64,000 bases of DNA. It comes from Anthoceros angustus. Its lineage: Eukaryota > Plantae > Anthocerotophyta. The stretch is from positions 1,364,001 through 1,428,000 of the forward strand of contig MU008168.1 of assembly GCA_010909165.1 (NCBI GenBank). Direction: 5' to 3'. A program made the translations under genes and the position numbers. Below the pieces are notes generated by a model. It saw only the letters and a list, made by a program, of their open reading frames with translations, was not told the DNA's origin and searched no databases. Positions 13,241 to 25,700 of this stretch are shown in pieces. Position 1 is the first letter of the stretch, and each line of letters starts with the position of its first letter.

Positions 13241-13449
13241 AACCCTCTTCCGCAAATCAGAAACCCTCATGTTCAAATCTTGACAGTACCTATAATGCAT
13301 GATTAAGCATGATTTGATTCTAAGGGATGGGTGTTATGTCATCTCAATGCAATTTCACGCATTAGTTAAATCGCCTCTAGTTATGGTGGTTGCCTTGAAA
13401 TAGGCGTTTTGGACGTAAGCCGTTAAAGGCTTTTGAAGGTGAAGAAGGC

Positions 13450-16400
13450 ATGCAGCGCCACCGTACAAATCATTACATAAAACTTTCAACCCATGAACAG
13501 AAAGCGTACCTACTGCACGTCAAAACAAGGGACTCACAGGCCTTGCCCGGAACGCTATCCATGACTACTTCTACGGTCTTGCGCATGATGAGGTCTTCAA
13601 AGTTGTCGTTCTCCTCCATGATATTTCACAGTCCGAGGAGCCACCTCCACAACCGATGGCTTGTGCATTTTGGAGGCCACATCGTGTCCAATGTTTGCTG
13701 CCCAACGTCAAGGATCTCTGATCGGCGCTTTCTCTGGAAGACCCCAAAGAAACAACTTGAGCTTGTGACAAACCTTTTCCGACAATGTCACTTCTTTAGC
13801 CAGGCGGGTTGGACCACGGCGGTGAGGCTCGTGGGTCAACTCCTCATCGGCGTCCGGCAAAACTTCATATCCATGGATCCTCGATGTATGAACTCTGCGT
13901 TGTCCACATCCACGGCAATGCAATTCGACCGCATAGGAGCGACCATCGTTGTCGATCCACTTCACACGTCTAAAATCCAATCTCCCTCCTTCGAGAAGTT
14001 TTGATGATTCTCATCATCGGGCCCAATGGCCTCGACGCACACACCACCAGCTTATCGAGGGATGTATAGCGGCTTCTTCCACGATGTCATGCCCAATGAT
14101 TGCGTCCGTTGTTGAAGGAACCACGGACATTATTGGGGAGCATGGAAATTTTGGCCAACACATGCGATGTTAAGCCCCACCAAGCGTAATGTATTCCACG
14201 ATCGTAGCCCCTAGATTGCATATTAGTCTTGTCCCATACAAATGACACCAACCTCCCCGACCACTTCGCATTGCCTCCCTCACGTGTGGTGCTCCTCCAC
14301 ACCGTGCATGACTATCATCCGTATCTCATCGCAACTTGTCATATCATGGAAAGCATGGAAAACCGTACTCACTGCAAATCATAGTGACATCATGTTTTCC
14401 CTTGTTAAATCCTCGGGGCACATCCATGACCATCAATGTGTATTTCGAATCCATGAAGCCCCTCATGTCAACGATATCCCTTGCCATAACACGGTACTTC
14501 ACAATATTCTCTGTTCGGGCTGAAAGATTGCAGGCCTTCTTCCATGTCCATGTCCGCCATAGCCCTCTGCTCCTCCTCCAAGCCTTTCCAAGTGTGCACT
14601 TCAAGCACAAAAGCTTGAAAAGCGTCTAGTAGTTTCTTCAGGTCATCCACATCCTTTACTTGCTGTAAACGACAAAAGATTATGTCAATATAACGGACGG
14701 ACATTCACTGGAAGGACATTCACAGGACAAAGGCATATACTGGAAGGGCAATGACTGGGGCGCCGGCATGCCGGCGCCCCAGTCGTCGCCATTCTAGAGA
14801 CCTTCTCGAATGGGAGGCGTTGGCGGGGCGCCGGCATGCCATTAAGTCCTCAAGTCTATCACGGACTTGGAGGCTGCTGGACGGCGCCGGCTGCGCGCAT
14901 GCCCTCCCCATTCGGCAGTGCGAAGGAGCACACGGGCGCCGGCATGCCGGCGCCCGGTCAACTCCGTTCCATGGCGGGGGCGGGGCGCGGCCGCGTCGGC
15001 TCTCAAGGAAAGCAACCGAGTGGCGCGGCATGCGGCGCCCTCTCAGAATGGAGGATAAAGGACACCTACCTTTCCCTCAAACGCGCTTTGAAATCTTGCG
15101 ATGACCTCGTCCGTAGAGTGTTGAGGATATTCTTGCGGACTTGGTCGAATGAGTCACACCCCAAGTGTTTGGCCATCGCCACAGATCACATGAAACTTCT
15201 TCCTCGGTGATTTCCTTCGCCATCCCATTGAGGTCCGAAGCCCGTCAAAACCTTCTCTGTTGCACTTATCAACATTTGTTGCCCACTTTCCCAGTGGGAT
15301 GCCTTGAAAACTCCTCCAAGGCTTGCCTTGCATCTCTTTAGGCTTCAACAATGCGCCATCCCCTTGGTCATCGGTGACTTTCGTTTGCCCTTGCTCTTCT
15401 TGCTTGTACTGCTGCAACATGTTTACTTTGTTCGCAACTCCATGGACTCCCACTTGCTGAATATCTTGTCCACATTCGCCCACACTTTGCCTTCCAACCG
15501 AGATGCATAGAATGTGGGTCCTGTTGTCTACCTTGTTACATTTATCTTTCGTCCTCGCCTTGGTCGATCGGTCAAGCACCTTGTACAAGTTGAATTTCCG
15601 GTTCATGGTCATGTTGACACCATCCCTCTTCGCGATTTGCAGCTCGTCTCTCAAATACCTCACACCTCAATAAAATTCATCTTCCGCCTCTTGTCGGACA
15701 TGGTGTTGTGGTCGGTGGCTAAGACTCTCATTTCCGGAATAGTCGACCACAATACACATGAGCCTCAATCCTTTGGAGGCTTGCCTTCCCAGTGATATGT
15801 CCGAGTCTTTGCATAGCATATGTATGGTTTCCTCAAGCACTCCCATCACATATTTTTAGCCACGAACGCCAATCCAGACTTGATATCATTGCATTACGCG
15901 GATCAATCATGCAAAGCGAGGCAAGACTCCTTCCTCGATTCTCCCTTTGAAATCACCACAGCTAGGTAGTTCGTCCAAGCCTCGTCCACTTTTCGGATCC
16001 GGGCATGAGTCGGAAAGCGGTCTCAAGTATTCCAGCTTAACGAGCGGTTTAACCACTTTCTTCCCATATGCGGCTTCTCTAACGGTCTTCAAATAATCCT
16101 CATCCAACGGCGCCTCAACCTTTCTTCATCGATCGACACATGAAGTGTAGGAATATCTTGGATGGCGGATGGCTTGCCCATCATTGTGCCTTTCTTCCTC
16201 CCCATGGTATGCTGGTTCCCCATACCTTTCACATCACATCTGCGGTAGGTGCTTTCCGCTTAGTGTAACATCCGAGGATACTCGGGCACCACCGTAATAA
16301 CTGGGGGGCGCATGCCCATCTGGCACCGCTTCGCTTCGGGTGCATGCCCACCTGCCCCTTCCTCCCGGCCGCATCTGTTCCCACTCCCGGTCACTTGGTT

Positions 16401-17593
16401 GGCTCCGGTTCCAGCGTCTCCATATGTCGGGTGCCGCTTTCCCATGAAGGCACATCAGGCGCGGCATGCGGCGTTCTCGCCGCGCGCCGCGCCAAACACT
16501 TGAGGGTGCAACACGCGCACTCGCGCCTCATCCGCCCCTCCTCTCCCTCCTCGTCTGCATCCCGGCGTATGTCGCTGCAGAGCTGCCGGAGGTTCGGCGC
16601 AAAGTCCATGATGATATCCGCCTCCTTGCATCTTCCCCGCCGGACCCGTCCGCATCCATTGTCCAGAGTACATCGGTATAGGGCCATCTTCCTCGTCGGA
16701 AGGGCCCACTCGCTCATCAACATGAGGAGGTCGGTCCTCAATTGCGAACTCGGCGTGCACTTGTTCTTGGAAGACATCTCCCTCCATGATTAATCGGACT
16801 GTGATGACCCCACAGGCATCTCAGTCTTCACGGCGCAAACAATAGTGTTGAAATGTCGGATATCGGGATGGGGAGGAAGGTGCAGTGAATTTGAAGGCCT
16901 AAGTGGCCCGACACCGGTTTCAGCTTTCTCGAAATTGCATTGCCAGCTCCTTTGGTTCACATTTCTTGGCTTGAAAGCCATCTATCACGAAGAGGAACAC
17001 CTTGTAATCATCGGGGTGTGCGGCAAATTATCAACGCCATAGGGTCTTGATGTGCGAGCACTTGCACCTCCGGATGCAATGTGTCCATCTCCAAACTTGC
17101 CCACAATACCCATCCGGCTCTTGTGATTAAAGCCCCGGGTAGCTGTAACCCACAACTTCAACAAGGGTGTCCATATTGCCCCATCTTCCGTGGCTCACTT
17201 GCAGGTTAGAAACCATTCTTTGTCCAATGCAGCTTTCCTCAACTTTGGCTTGTGTGTCTCCAGATAGTCTCCTCATACGTGTATGGCGATGGATTGGGCT
17301 CGGGTGCTCTTCTTTTGCTCGAGACATTCCACTCTTCTCCTCTGTTCCTCCATGCGCTTTGGTGCTGCTGTCTTTGCTGAATTCGAGACCCGACCTTAGA
17401 ACACCACCTGCGAGTTAAAAAGCACGGAAAAGATGGATTCGATTCACACCAACATGCCTGAAAACGCTCACCGGCAATGGAGATTCGCAACGATCTCCTG
17501 TCGGCGCCTTGATTTCCGCGCCTTCTTGCCTTCACCACAATCCGGGGTTGTCGGCAGCTTCCGGCAGTCTTTCTTGCGCCGTCCACTCGCCAT
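13450..17593 (-). CDS. Multi-exon, frameshifted gene: ParB/Srx-like domain plus beta-class DNA amino-methyltransferase (N6_N4_Mtase-like)
   Basis: ParB-like GNHTYAMQRL...AHVYCG...LATDHN (15700-15835). MTase: ARDIVDMRGFMDSKYTLMVMDVPRG (motif IV region ~14410-14485), FVWDKTN (~14225), KPLGPMMRIIK/NFSKEGDWILDV*SGSTT...RSNCIAVD (motif I region ~13905-14030). GT-AG intron 14663-15069. Gene ends are approximate. Confidence 0.7.
14750..15050. repeat. GC-rich palindrome cluster within an intron
   Basis: GGGCGCCGGCATGCCGGCGCCC perfect palindromes at 14758-14779 and 14933-14956 (24 bp); GCATGCGGCGCC at ~15028. Confidence 0.85.
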
Positions 17594-18967
17594 AATCACC
17601 TGCAATCGGTGACACACACAGTGTGAGTTGGAGCAAAAAGCTAGCGATTGCCACAATACCTTGATTTCGTCGCGATGGCGCCTCTAGCCCTCTGCGTCGC
17701 GCCCGCTCGCCCGAGATGGGATTAGCGCCGAATTGGGCGAGTTGCGCCCAAGGTGCCGCGCGATGGTGTGCTTCCGTGGATTACGCCGCGCCGACCTCCG
17801 TGAGCACTCCGTCGAGCTTCACCAAGAAGCGCGGATGTGGCTCCTCTCGGTTATACCCTTTTTAGAAGCGGACATCCGTAAGAAACCCTAATGTGGTGGT
17901 AGTGAAATATAGACCATCGCCAATATTTAAACCCCAATACCTGTCTTATTTATACCGGATATGACACTATCTCGATCATTACCTTTGTTATATCACAATA
18001 AATGCAATCTATTTTCACTGGATATCCTCGCCGCCACCGAACCATCGATGCAATGGCGGTGGCGTTCTGGTGGTATCTGGGTAGCATGTCTTATGCCCTC
18101 TTAATTGAATAGCGCGCCGTGTTGGCGGCAATAAGAGGGAGGTTTGGTGGTTGAAGACCCATCCGGTATGTTCCAAGCTTGATGTTCGTTTGCTTTGCCG
18201 ATCGTCTAAGTCGGGCACCGCCAAGATCTTGCATTCTATCCATGGCTTGGGCGAGGATGAGGTATTCTCTGAAGTCAACACGGTGATCATTTACGCTACG
18301 AATGTGGGAAGTCATTGCACGTCTGTTTGTTCTAACGCTCCGTTGCGGAGGTCCTTGTTCATGGAGTCCGTGGGTGCAACAAGGTCCTTCTCATTCATGC
18401 GAGAAGAAGAAGGTCTTGGAAGGGACGGGGAAGGAACTCATGTGCACCATCGCTTGGCGCTCCTAACTCAAGCCCGGCACAATCCCTACTAGAAGGTCAT
18501 TTCTTTGATACCCACTCCATGCCTTTGCGAAGACCAAATGTCACAATGGGGATCCTATGTATGGTTCACATTTTCTTGTTTGACTTGAATAGCAAGGTGT
18601 CACAAACGTAGAAATGGTCTTAAGCGTACTTTGTTCCATGGGATGAAACCGATGGTCTTCCTTTGCGAGCTAGGAGAACACACGCGATCGCACCCAAATG
18701 TAGGAATACAGTGTTGCCACCTACTCCCGGAACTTGAATAGGTGTGTGGGTGTGGGTGGAAGCCAGTCGGAGGGAGAAAGGCGGTCGTCGTACAAATCCG
18801 GCCTCCCAAGGGGTGATCGGATCTTTGTTTGCGGGGCAATCACGAACACCGGTATGGTGGGCGACCGGTTCATTCCGTTGTTGATGTGCTGCATACACCT
18901 CAGAGGAAACGAAATGGTGTCTCTTATCAGCCGAAGCCGATGAGTCAGACAATGCAGGCGGAGATAT

Positions 18968-19156
18968 TAATGTTCTTAGAGAACTTGGACAGCGAGAGCT
19001 GAAAGTCTCAAACAAAACTGATTGAATTAATTAAATAAAACAATGTCTCAAGTGTCTTAATACTACAAACCTAAATCAATAGTCACATGAGTATTGGGTA
19101 TATATCACTATGCCTAAATAACCCTAAGGAGTGCAAAGTTAATCCATATCGTAACA
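18968..19156 (-). repeat. Copia 3' LTR
   Basis: Matches 25504-25700; adjacent to the PPT. Confidence 0.9.
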
Positions 19157-19923
19157 CTCCCTCTTAAGCTTCACGAGCTTAGAGTCGTGCGGTCACATGG
19201 TCAGGAATTCATTACGCGCCACCAGCTGAACTCGAGCACAAACGTGCCGGAACTCATAAGATGGCGTGCAATTCCTCTTCACAAGCATCCTGGCAATCAT
19301 CCTGCTTCGCTTGCTTTGCACTCACACAATCTCTGTTGTGGATCGCCATGTCGCAAAGTACTGGCCAGAGCTATCTGCAAGCCGAAGCAGAGAAGCCAAA
19401 AGCTGGTAAAGCAGTCAGACAGAGGACGCCATCGCCGCCAGTTCGGAGAAGCTCCAAGCTCAATACGAGACCGCGCCTGTCAGCTGGGACGAAAGCTGTC
19501 TCATCGGACAGACCATGTCGCTTAGAGGGTACACAATCAGCATGGAAGTGAAACTGCGCTGGGGAAAAACGACTGACTCTACTGGACAACCCCCTTTGAC
19601 GGACGAGGAGGTGAAAGGGGAGATGGACTTGGTTGGACAGCTGCGAGAAGCAGCAGCGCTGTTGAAACAGATAAAAGAGGCAGAAGAGATTGCGGTCGAC
19701 TGCAGCAGGGCGATTAAATCAGCGTAAGGCTTCATCCGCCTGTTGTGACCTTGAATTGTTATTCTCCCACTCATGCTCAGTAAATCAGGAGGCTAACAGC
19801 TGCATGATGTGATCCTTGCAGGAGATAGGAATCCGGCAGTACAGGAGGCTGTTGACGGTGTAATCAAAACATAACCTCGCCATCAGGGAGCACAGGCTCC
19901 CACCCCCATACCCACCAGATAAG

Positions 19924-22900
19924 TTACACTCCTTTCTGTTCCTCTAGCTTATGATAGCTGGTGATGTCCTGCAGCCCTAGTCCTGCCATATGCAAGTAAT
20001 GTCGGTGCTTGGGCAGGGCCTTTGTTAATATGTCAGCTGTATTGTCATCTGTATGCACATAACCTACTTTCACCACACCTCGTTCTACAACATCTCGTAT
20101 GTAGTGATGTTGTATTTCGATGTGCTTAGTCCTTGCGTGAAAACGCGGATTTGCCACTAATGCAATCGCCGACATGTTATCACACTGAAGTAGAGTTGGT
20201 TCTGCCTGCTGTTGTCCAAGGTCCTTAAGAAAAACACGTTCCCACTCGGCTTCCTTGGAGGCATCAGTCAGGCTTTTGTATTCCGCTTCTGTAGAAGATA
20301 GGGCTATAGAAGCTTGCTTTTTACAGCTCCAGCTTATGGCTGCTGATGATAATAGAAAACTGTATGTGGAAAGACTCTTGCGGCTGTCACTATCTGACGC
20401 CCAATCGGCATCAAAACCTCGTAAGGTAAGCTGCTTTCCACCACTGCTTCTATAGCATATGCCATAGTGTTGAGTGCCTTTTAAGTAACGAAAGACTCTT
20501 TTGGCAGCTATCCAGTGAGCGCGTCCAGGACGCTCTAAGAATTGGGAAAGTGTGCTCACAGAGTACTGTATGTCAGGACGTGTCCAATTTCCAACAAAAA
20601 TAAGGCTCCCTACTGCGTGTCTGTATGGAACATCAGCCATTTCCAGTTTCTCTTTCTCTGATTGTGGGCACTGCAGGCTTGTCAGTTTAACACCCATGGC
20701 TGATGGTGTAGTCAGCTGGTCTTGCTTGGTCCAGCTTAAACTTGACTAAGATGTCTTGTATATACTGGTACTGATGTATTATCAAGAGGCCTTCTGATCT
20801 GACACGAAGCAACTGTATGCCTAGGCAGAATCTCAATTCCCCGATGTCTTTCATCTCGTATTTACAGCTTAACATAGTTTTGACTTCTTCTAACAACTTC
20901 TTGCTGTTGGCAGCTAGGATAACGTCGTCGACGTACAAGGCAAGGACAACATACTCTTGTCCTCTTGTGAGTCTGTAAACATTACCATCAGCTGCACTTT
21001 GCTTGAAAGATCTACTTAGAAGGTACAGATGAATGTTGAGATACCAAACTCTGCCGCTTTGTTTCAGACCATAGATAGTCTTTAGCAGTTTGCATACTTT
21101 CTTTGGACAGGTCTTGTCTTCGTATCCCTCAGGTTGAGTCATGTATAGGTCCTCGTCTAATGCCCCATATAAGAATGCAGTGCAGACATCCATTTGGTAT
21201 AGTTCCAGGTCAAATTCTGCTGCCAGGGCAAGGATCATCCTTATTGACTGAGATCTAACAACAGGAGAGAAAGTCTCCTGATAGTCTAAACCTTCAACCT
21301 GTGTGAAGCCCCTGGCGACTAATCTCGCTTTGTACCTAGCTATCTCTCCCTTCTCATTTAGTTTTAGCTTAAAGACCCACTTACAGGAAATGGGTTTTCT
21401 GCCGGATGGGAGATCTACCAATTTCCAGGTCTGGTTCTTTACAAGGCTATTAAACTCATCATCTACAGCAAACTTCCATTTGTCTTTTTCTGGACTTGTG
21501 AAGGCTTCTGTTAGTGATTTGGGTTCTAAGTGAATTGTTGTTGATGCAGCATGGACAGCCTGGGCATATGAAGTACGGAAATCAATGGATTCATATCTGG
21601 GTTCTGTCCATTGATCTGGAGGTGGCCTGTTACGGCCAGATCGCCGGGGAGGTGGATCTGGTGCAGGACCATCAAGTGGAAGTTCCTCTTCAGCATAAAA
21701 ATCATCATCCTGTCCAGGTATTTCCATCTCATCAGGATTAATAGGCTCGTTTTGACCATCTTGCACTTGTTCAGCGTGTTCCTGGATATCTGGATCCTGC
21801 GGAATAGGATCCTGGATGTATGGATCCTGCGGAATAGGATCAAGGTTTGCTGGAGCTGTATTGACATTTGCTGGGATTGCATTTACAGGAGTAAGTCCTG
21901 TTTCGTCTGGGAAGTCAGATTCAGATGTTTCTTCTGTCTCCAGATGTGCTCCCTCAGCAGTTGAATTGGCTCCCTCTGAATCCAGATGTTGCGGATAACC
22001 AGGAGTGACAGGGCTGGTGGGCTCGAGGAATGTAACAGATCGAGCAAGAACAGCAGTCTGAGTGAGAGGATTGAAAAGCTTGTAGGCTTTCGATATCTCA
22101 CTGTAGCCAACAAATATGAGGGCTTGAGCACGGGGATCTAACTTTCGTCGTTTCTCTTCAGGTACAAGGCAAATGCTCGTGAGCCAAAAACTCGGAGATG
22201 AAGCAAGCTGGGTTTGCGGTTCCACATAGCTTCATAAGGAGTCTTCAACGGGACGGAGCTGGTAAACAATCTGTTAAGTACATATGTAGCAACTATAGCT
22301 TGCCCGAAATTTCGAGGTAAGCACCCACAAAGCATCTTTGCGTGTCATAGATAAGAGAGTTTGATTTTTACGTTCCGCGCGTTTCTTTGGGGTGTGTAAG
22401 GCAGTCGATTGTCTCTGACACCATGTTCTTGTAGAAAGCGCCGTGTTTACAAATTACATGCGTGTCGATGCGTAGATACTTAACCAATTTCCCTGTTTGG
22501 CGTTGTATAGTGAGGAACCAGTCCTTGAATAAGTCAAAGGTCTCACTTTTAAGGTGCAAGATGAATGTCCAGGTATAACGCGAGTAATCATCTGTGATAC
22601 ACAGGTAATAGAGGGCACCACCAATAGATGGCACATGTATCTTGCCTGATATATCAGCATGTACGAGCTCAAGGACATCCTTTGACCTGTATGACGCCAC
22701 ATGGGGAAAAGGGTGCTGCTTTTGCTTCGCTATAATGCAAGCCTCACAGGAAGGGAGATCTTTGAAACAACGAGGTAAAGGTTCCTGATGACATTCCTGT
22801 AAAGACATATCTACCAGTTTGTTTTGTTTACGTGACACAGCCGGGCATGCCAGAGGACTGCTAATTTTTGTGTGTCTGTGGACGCCAGGCCAGCCACCGC

Positions 22901-24327
22901 TTATGTGTAAAGACATCAAGCCTGTAGAGATCATTTTCAAGAATTCCACGAAGACATACAAAGACGGGTCTGTGTGTCTAAAGAACAAACAAGTATCCTC
23001 TGCAGCCTTCATGTGGTAAGTCCTCAATTGCATTAACTTGCTTAGAGACATCAAATTCTTAGCCATTGATGGTACATAAAGCACATCTTGCAAGGTCAGA
23101 ATGGATCCATCATGAAGACTGAATTTACAGATACCTTGTCCTTGTATTTGCAAACTTGATCTGTTCTGCTCATCACCCAGTAGCACAGTTGCTGAGGATA
23201 GGCTTGAATCGAGTATATAGAATTGATCTATGTCTTTGCATATGTGCGAGGTTGCACCGGAATCAAGATACCAGCTACCCTCTTTGTGCACAGAACGGGC
23301 AAGGGAGACAGTGAGGATCTTCACTGTAGGTTTGTTGTCACCTGACTGTTTTTCCCTGATAGCAACATTCGCAGTGCTCTTAGTAGCACGTTGAGGTTCC
23401 CCGGCTTTCTTCTTCTTACATTCTCTGGCCCAATGGCCAGCAATGCCACACCAGTTACAGTTCCCTGGTCTCTTCGAAGTTGAAGAACCATCAGGTCTGC
23501 CAACAAAAGGTGGTTTTCCTTTGCCTTTTCCCTTGTGAGGTCTGAAACCTGCTGCTAATACCTTTTCTGCTTTGTTTCTAGGAACGCCAGCAGACATTAG
23601 GCGTGACTGCTCTTCTTGGTATAAGGCACCAATCACCTCTTCGACAGTGACTGTGCTTGCCGAAGTACCAGCAGCACCAGCAGGCTTAATAGGCCCATTT
23701 TGGGTTGTGACAAAAGACTGATACGATGGGGGCAAGCTAGAAAGGAGCTTTGCAACTGCTTGCACCTCTGGTATCTTCTCACCAGTCAGTGAAGTAATCT
23801 GAGCTCTTAAGTGTCGAAATCTGCTAGTGTGAGACGACATCTTTTCTCCTTCCCTCATCCTCAATGTGTAGTACTGCATGCATAGACAAGGTCATCATGT
23901 TACGGATTACGATATGTCTTTTCCAGTTGTGCCCAGATGGCAGATGCTTCCGCGAGGAACTCAATATCTGGAACGAGATCAGTATCAAGACCATTGATGA
24001 GAAGAGCAATAGCAATGCTATTGTGTTGATCCCATTTTCAATATCGCGGTGTCGATTGGTTGTAACATTGGGATCCGGTTTCTTGTAGGTTCCATCTATG
24101 ATGTTCCATACACCACGAGCCAACAATGTTGTCTTCATGCGTACACGCCAAACCGAGTATTTGTTTCCGTTGAAACGATCTTTCTCTTTCAATTCGGAAG
24201 TAAATGTAGGACCGGAAGCTCCTGACATGATGTTAATGGATTGTACAGGAGATGGCTGTTGCAAACTAAGAGACTGGAACCGCTGTTCAAGCGAGTTCAG
24301 CAAGACATCAATGGACCCTATGGACAT
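19924..24327 (-). CDS. Copia gag-pol polyprotein (few frameshifts)
   Basis: gag FNGNKYSVWRVRMK; knuckle CNWCGIAGHWAREC; protease WYLDSGATSHIC; integrase LELVHADISG/ITDDYSRYTW; RT YKARLVARGF/LYVDDVIL; RNase H SWSCKKQ...LSSTEAEY. Confidence 0.95.
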
Positions 24328-25503
24328 AAATACTTACAAAGACGTATAAGAGCTATGGCTCTTAACAATCCAGGTAAGTATCTATGCGTTAAGGACAGCT
24401 AAGTGAACTGACCGTAGTATGCAGGGAAGGTCTAATGGGAGGGCTTAGCTTGGAGGGTAACAGGTGCGTTGCATCTGGGACTCTTCATGCTAACCTCCCC
24501 GTCAAGGTCTTCTCTCTGTGCATGGACGTTAGTTCATGAAACGGGACACAAAACGAAACGTCATGACAGCTTATTTTTGGTTAGTAACACCGCTTGAGTT
24601 AGTAACGTTTCAGTTTCTTGACCTAACTGTCATGTCCCTCTGTGATGAACAGGTATGTCTGAACAAGATGGACCTATCAGGATACAGAGGGAACAAAAAT
24701 GGTGAGAGGGCACCATCTGAATGTGTCGATTCAGATCTGGCTGTCCTCTCGCACCATCGCTGTGCGCTCCCGCTTGTCGTGTGCAGCGGAAATTTCAGGC
24801 CTCGGAGCCATCTCCAAAAGAAGGAATTGGAAAGCAAACTCCCTCGTCAGGCTGATGCATTAAATCTCCTCTTGTTGCAGAATCTGATCCTCGCAATTGT
24901 TTGGAGATGTGCTATTTCAGCGTCGGTCATACGCCCTCAATTAGCCAAGAGGGTTGTTCAGTATCTGTCCGGAGCTCTTCTACTCTGTTCTTCAGTATCT
25001 CCTGATTAGAAAGCAACAATGAAAGTGTTTTCTCCACACGGGTGACAGTTTCAAAAGTCTTGTTAACTATTCTCTGGATGTTTTGATTCTTGTGTGGAAA
25101 GTTGTGCTGATCACGTTGCACTGTTGCGGCTCTTGGTCGAAACAAAGATTCAACAGGAGGTAGAGCCCGAGGTTCGAAATGAAGATTGGGATTTTGTCCT
25201 CTCTGCTGGCAACGTGCTCTGTACAGGAAATCAGTATTGTGATTCCTGTTTATGTTGCACGTCGCTGATCTTCGACCTGAGTGTCTATCTGCAAATTGCC
25301 TTAGAATAATTTCGGGATAATTCTGCTCATATAGGTCTAGTACAGTTTCTGTAGGTACAAACTGATGATGCCTATTTGGTTGTCTTCCTTGACGACCAAG
25401 GCTATTCGTACCTGCAAAATCTGCACCCCTAGCAGAATATCCCTTTCGAGGCATTGTGCATAGGGATTACTAAGATGCAGAGCACATGGGCTCTGATACC
25501 ATA

Positions 25504-25700
25504 TGAATGTTCTTAGAGAACTTGGACAGCGAGAGCTGAAGGTCTCAAACAAAACTGATTGAATTAATTAAATAAAACAATGTCTCAAGTGTCTTAATAC
25601 TACAAACCTAAATCTGAATAGTCACATGAGTATTGGGTATATATACGGCCTATGCCTAAATAACCCTAAGGAGTGCAGGTTAAATCCATATCGTGAGGCA
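25504..25700 (-). repeat. Copia 5' LTR
   Basis: Matches 18968-19156; adjacent to the tRNA-Met PBS. Confidence 0.9.

Larger units (their letters stand above)
18968..25700 (-). mobile_element. Near full-length Ty1/copia retrotransposon nested in the transposase gene
   Basis: Two near-identical ~190-bp LTRs; PBS TGGTATCAGAGC (rc 25490-25501); PPT (rc CTCCCTCTT 19157-19165); 5-bp TSD GATAT at 18963-18967 and 25701-25705. Confidence 0.95.

Noticed and set aside
13880-16200. MTase/ParB region as bacterial or phage contamination
   Set aside because: It has a GT-AG intron, lies within TIRs with a TSD, and shares the element with a nested plant copia.
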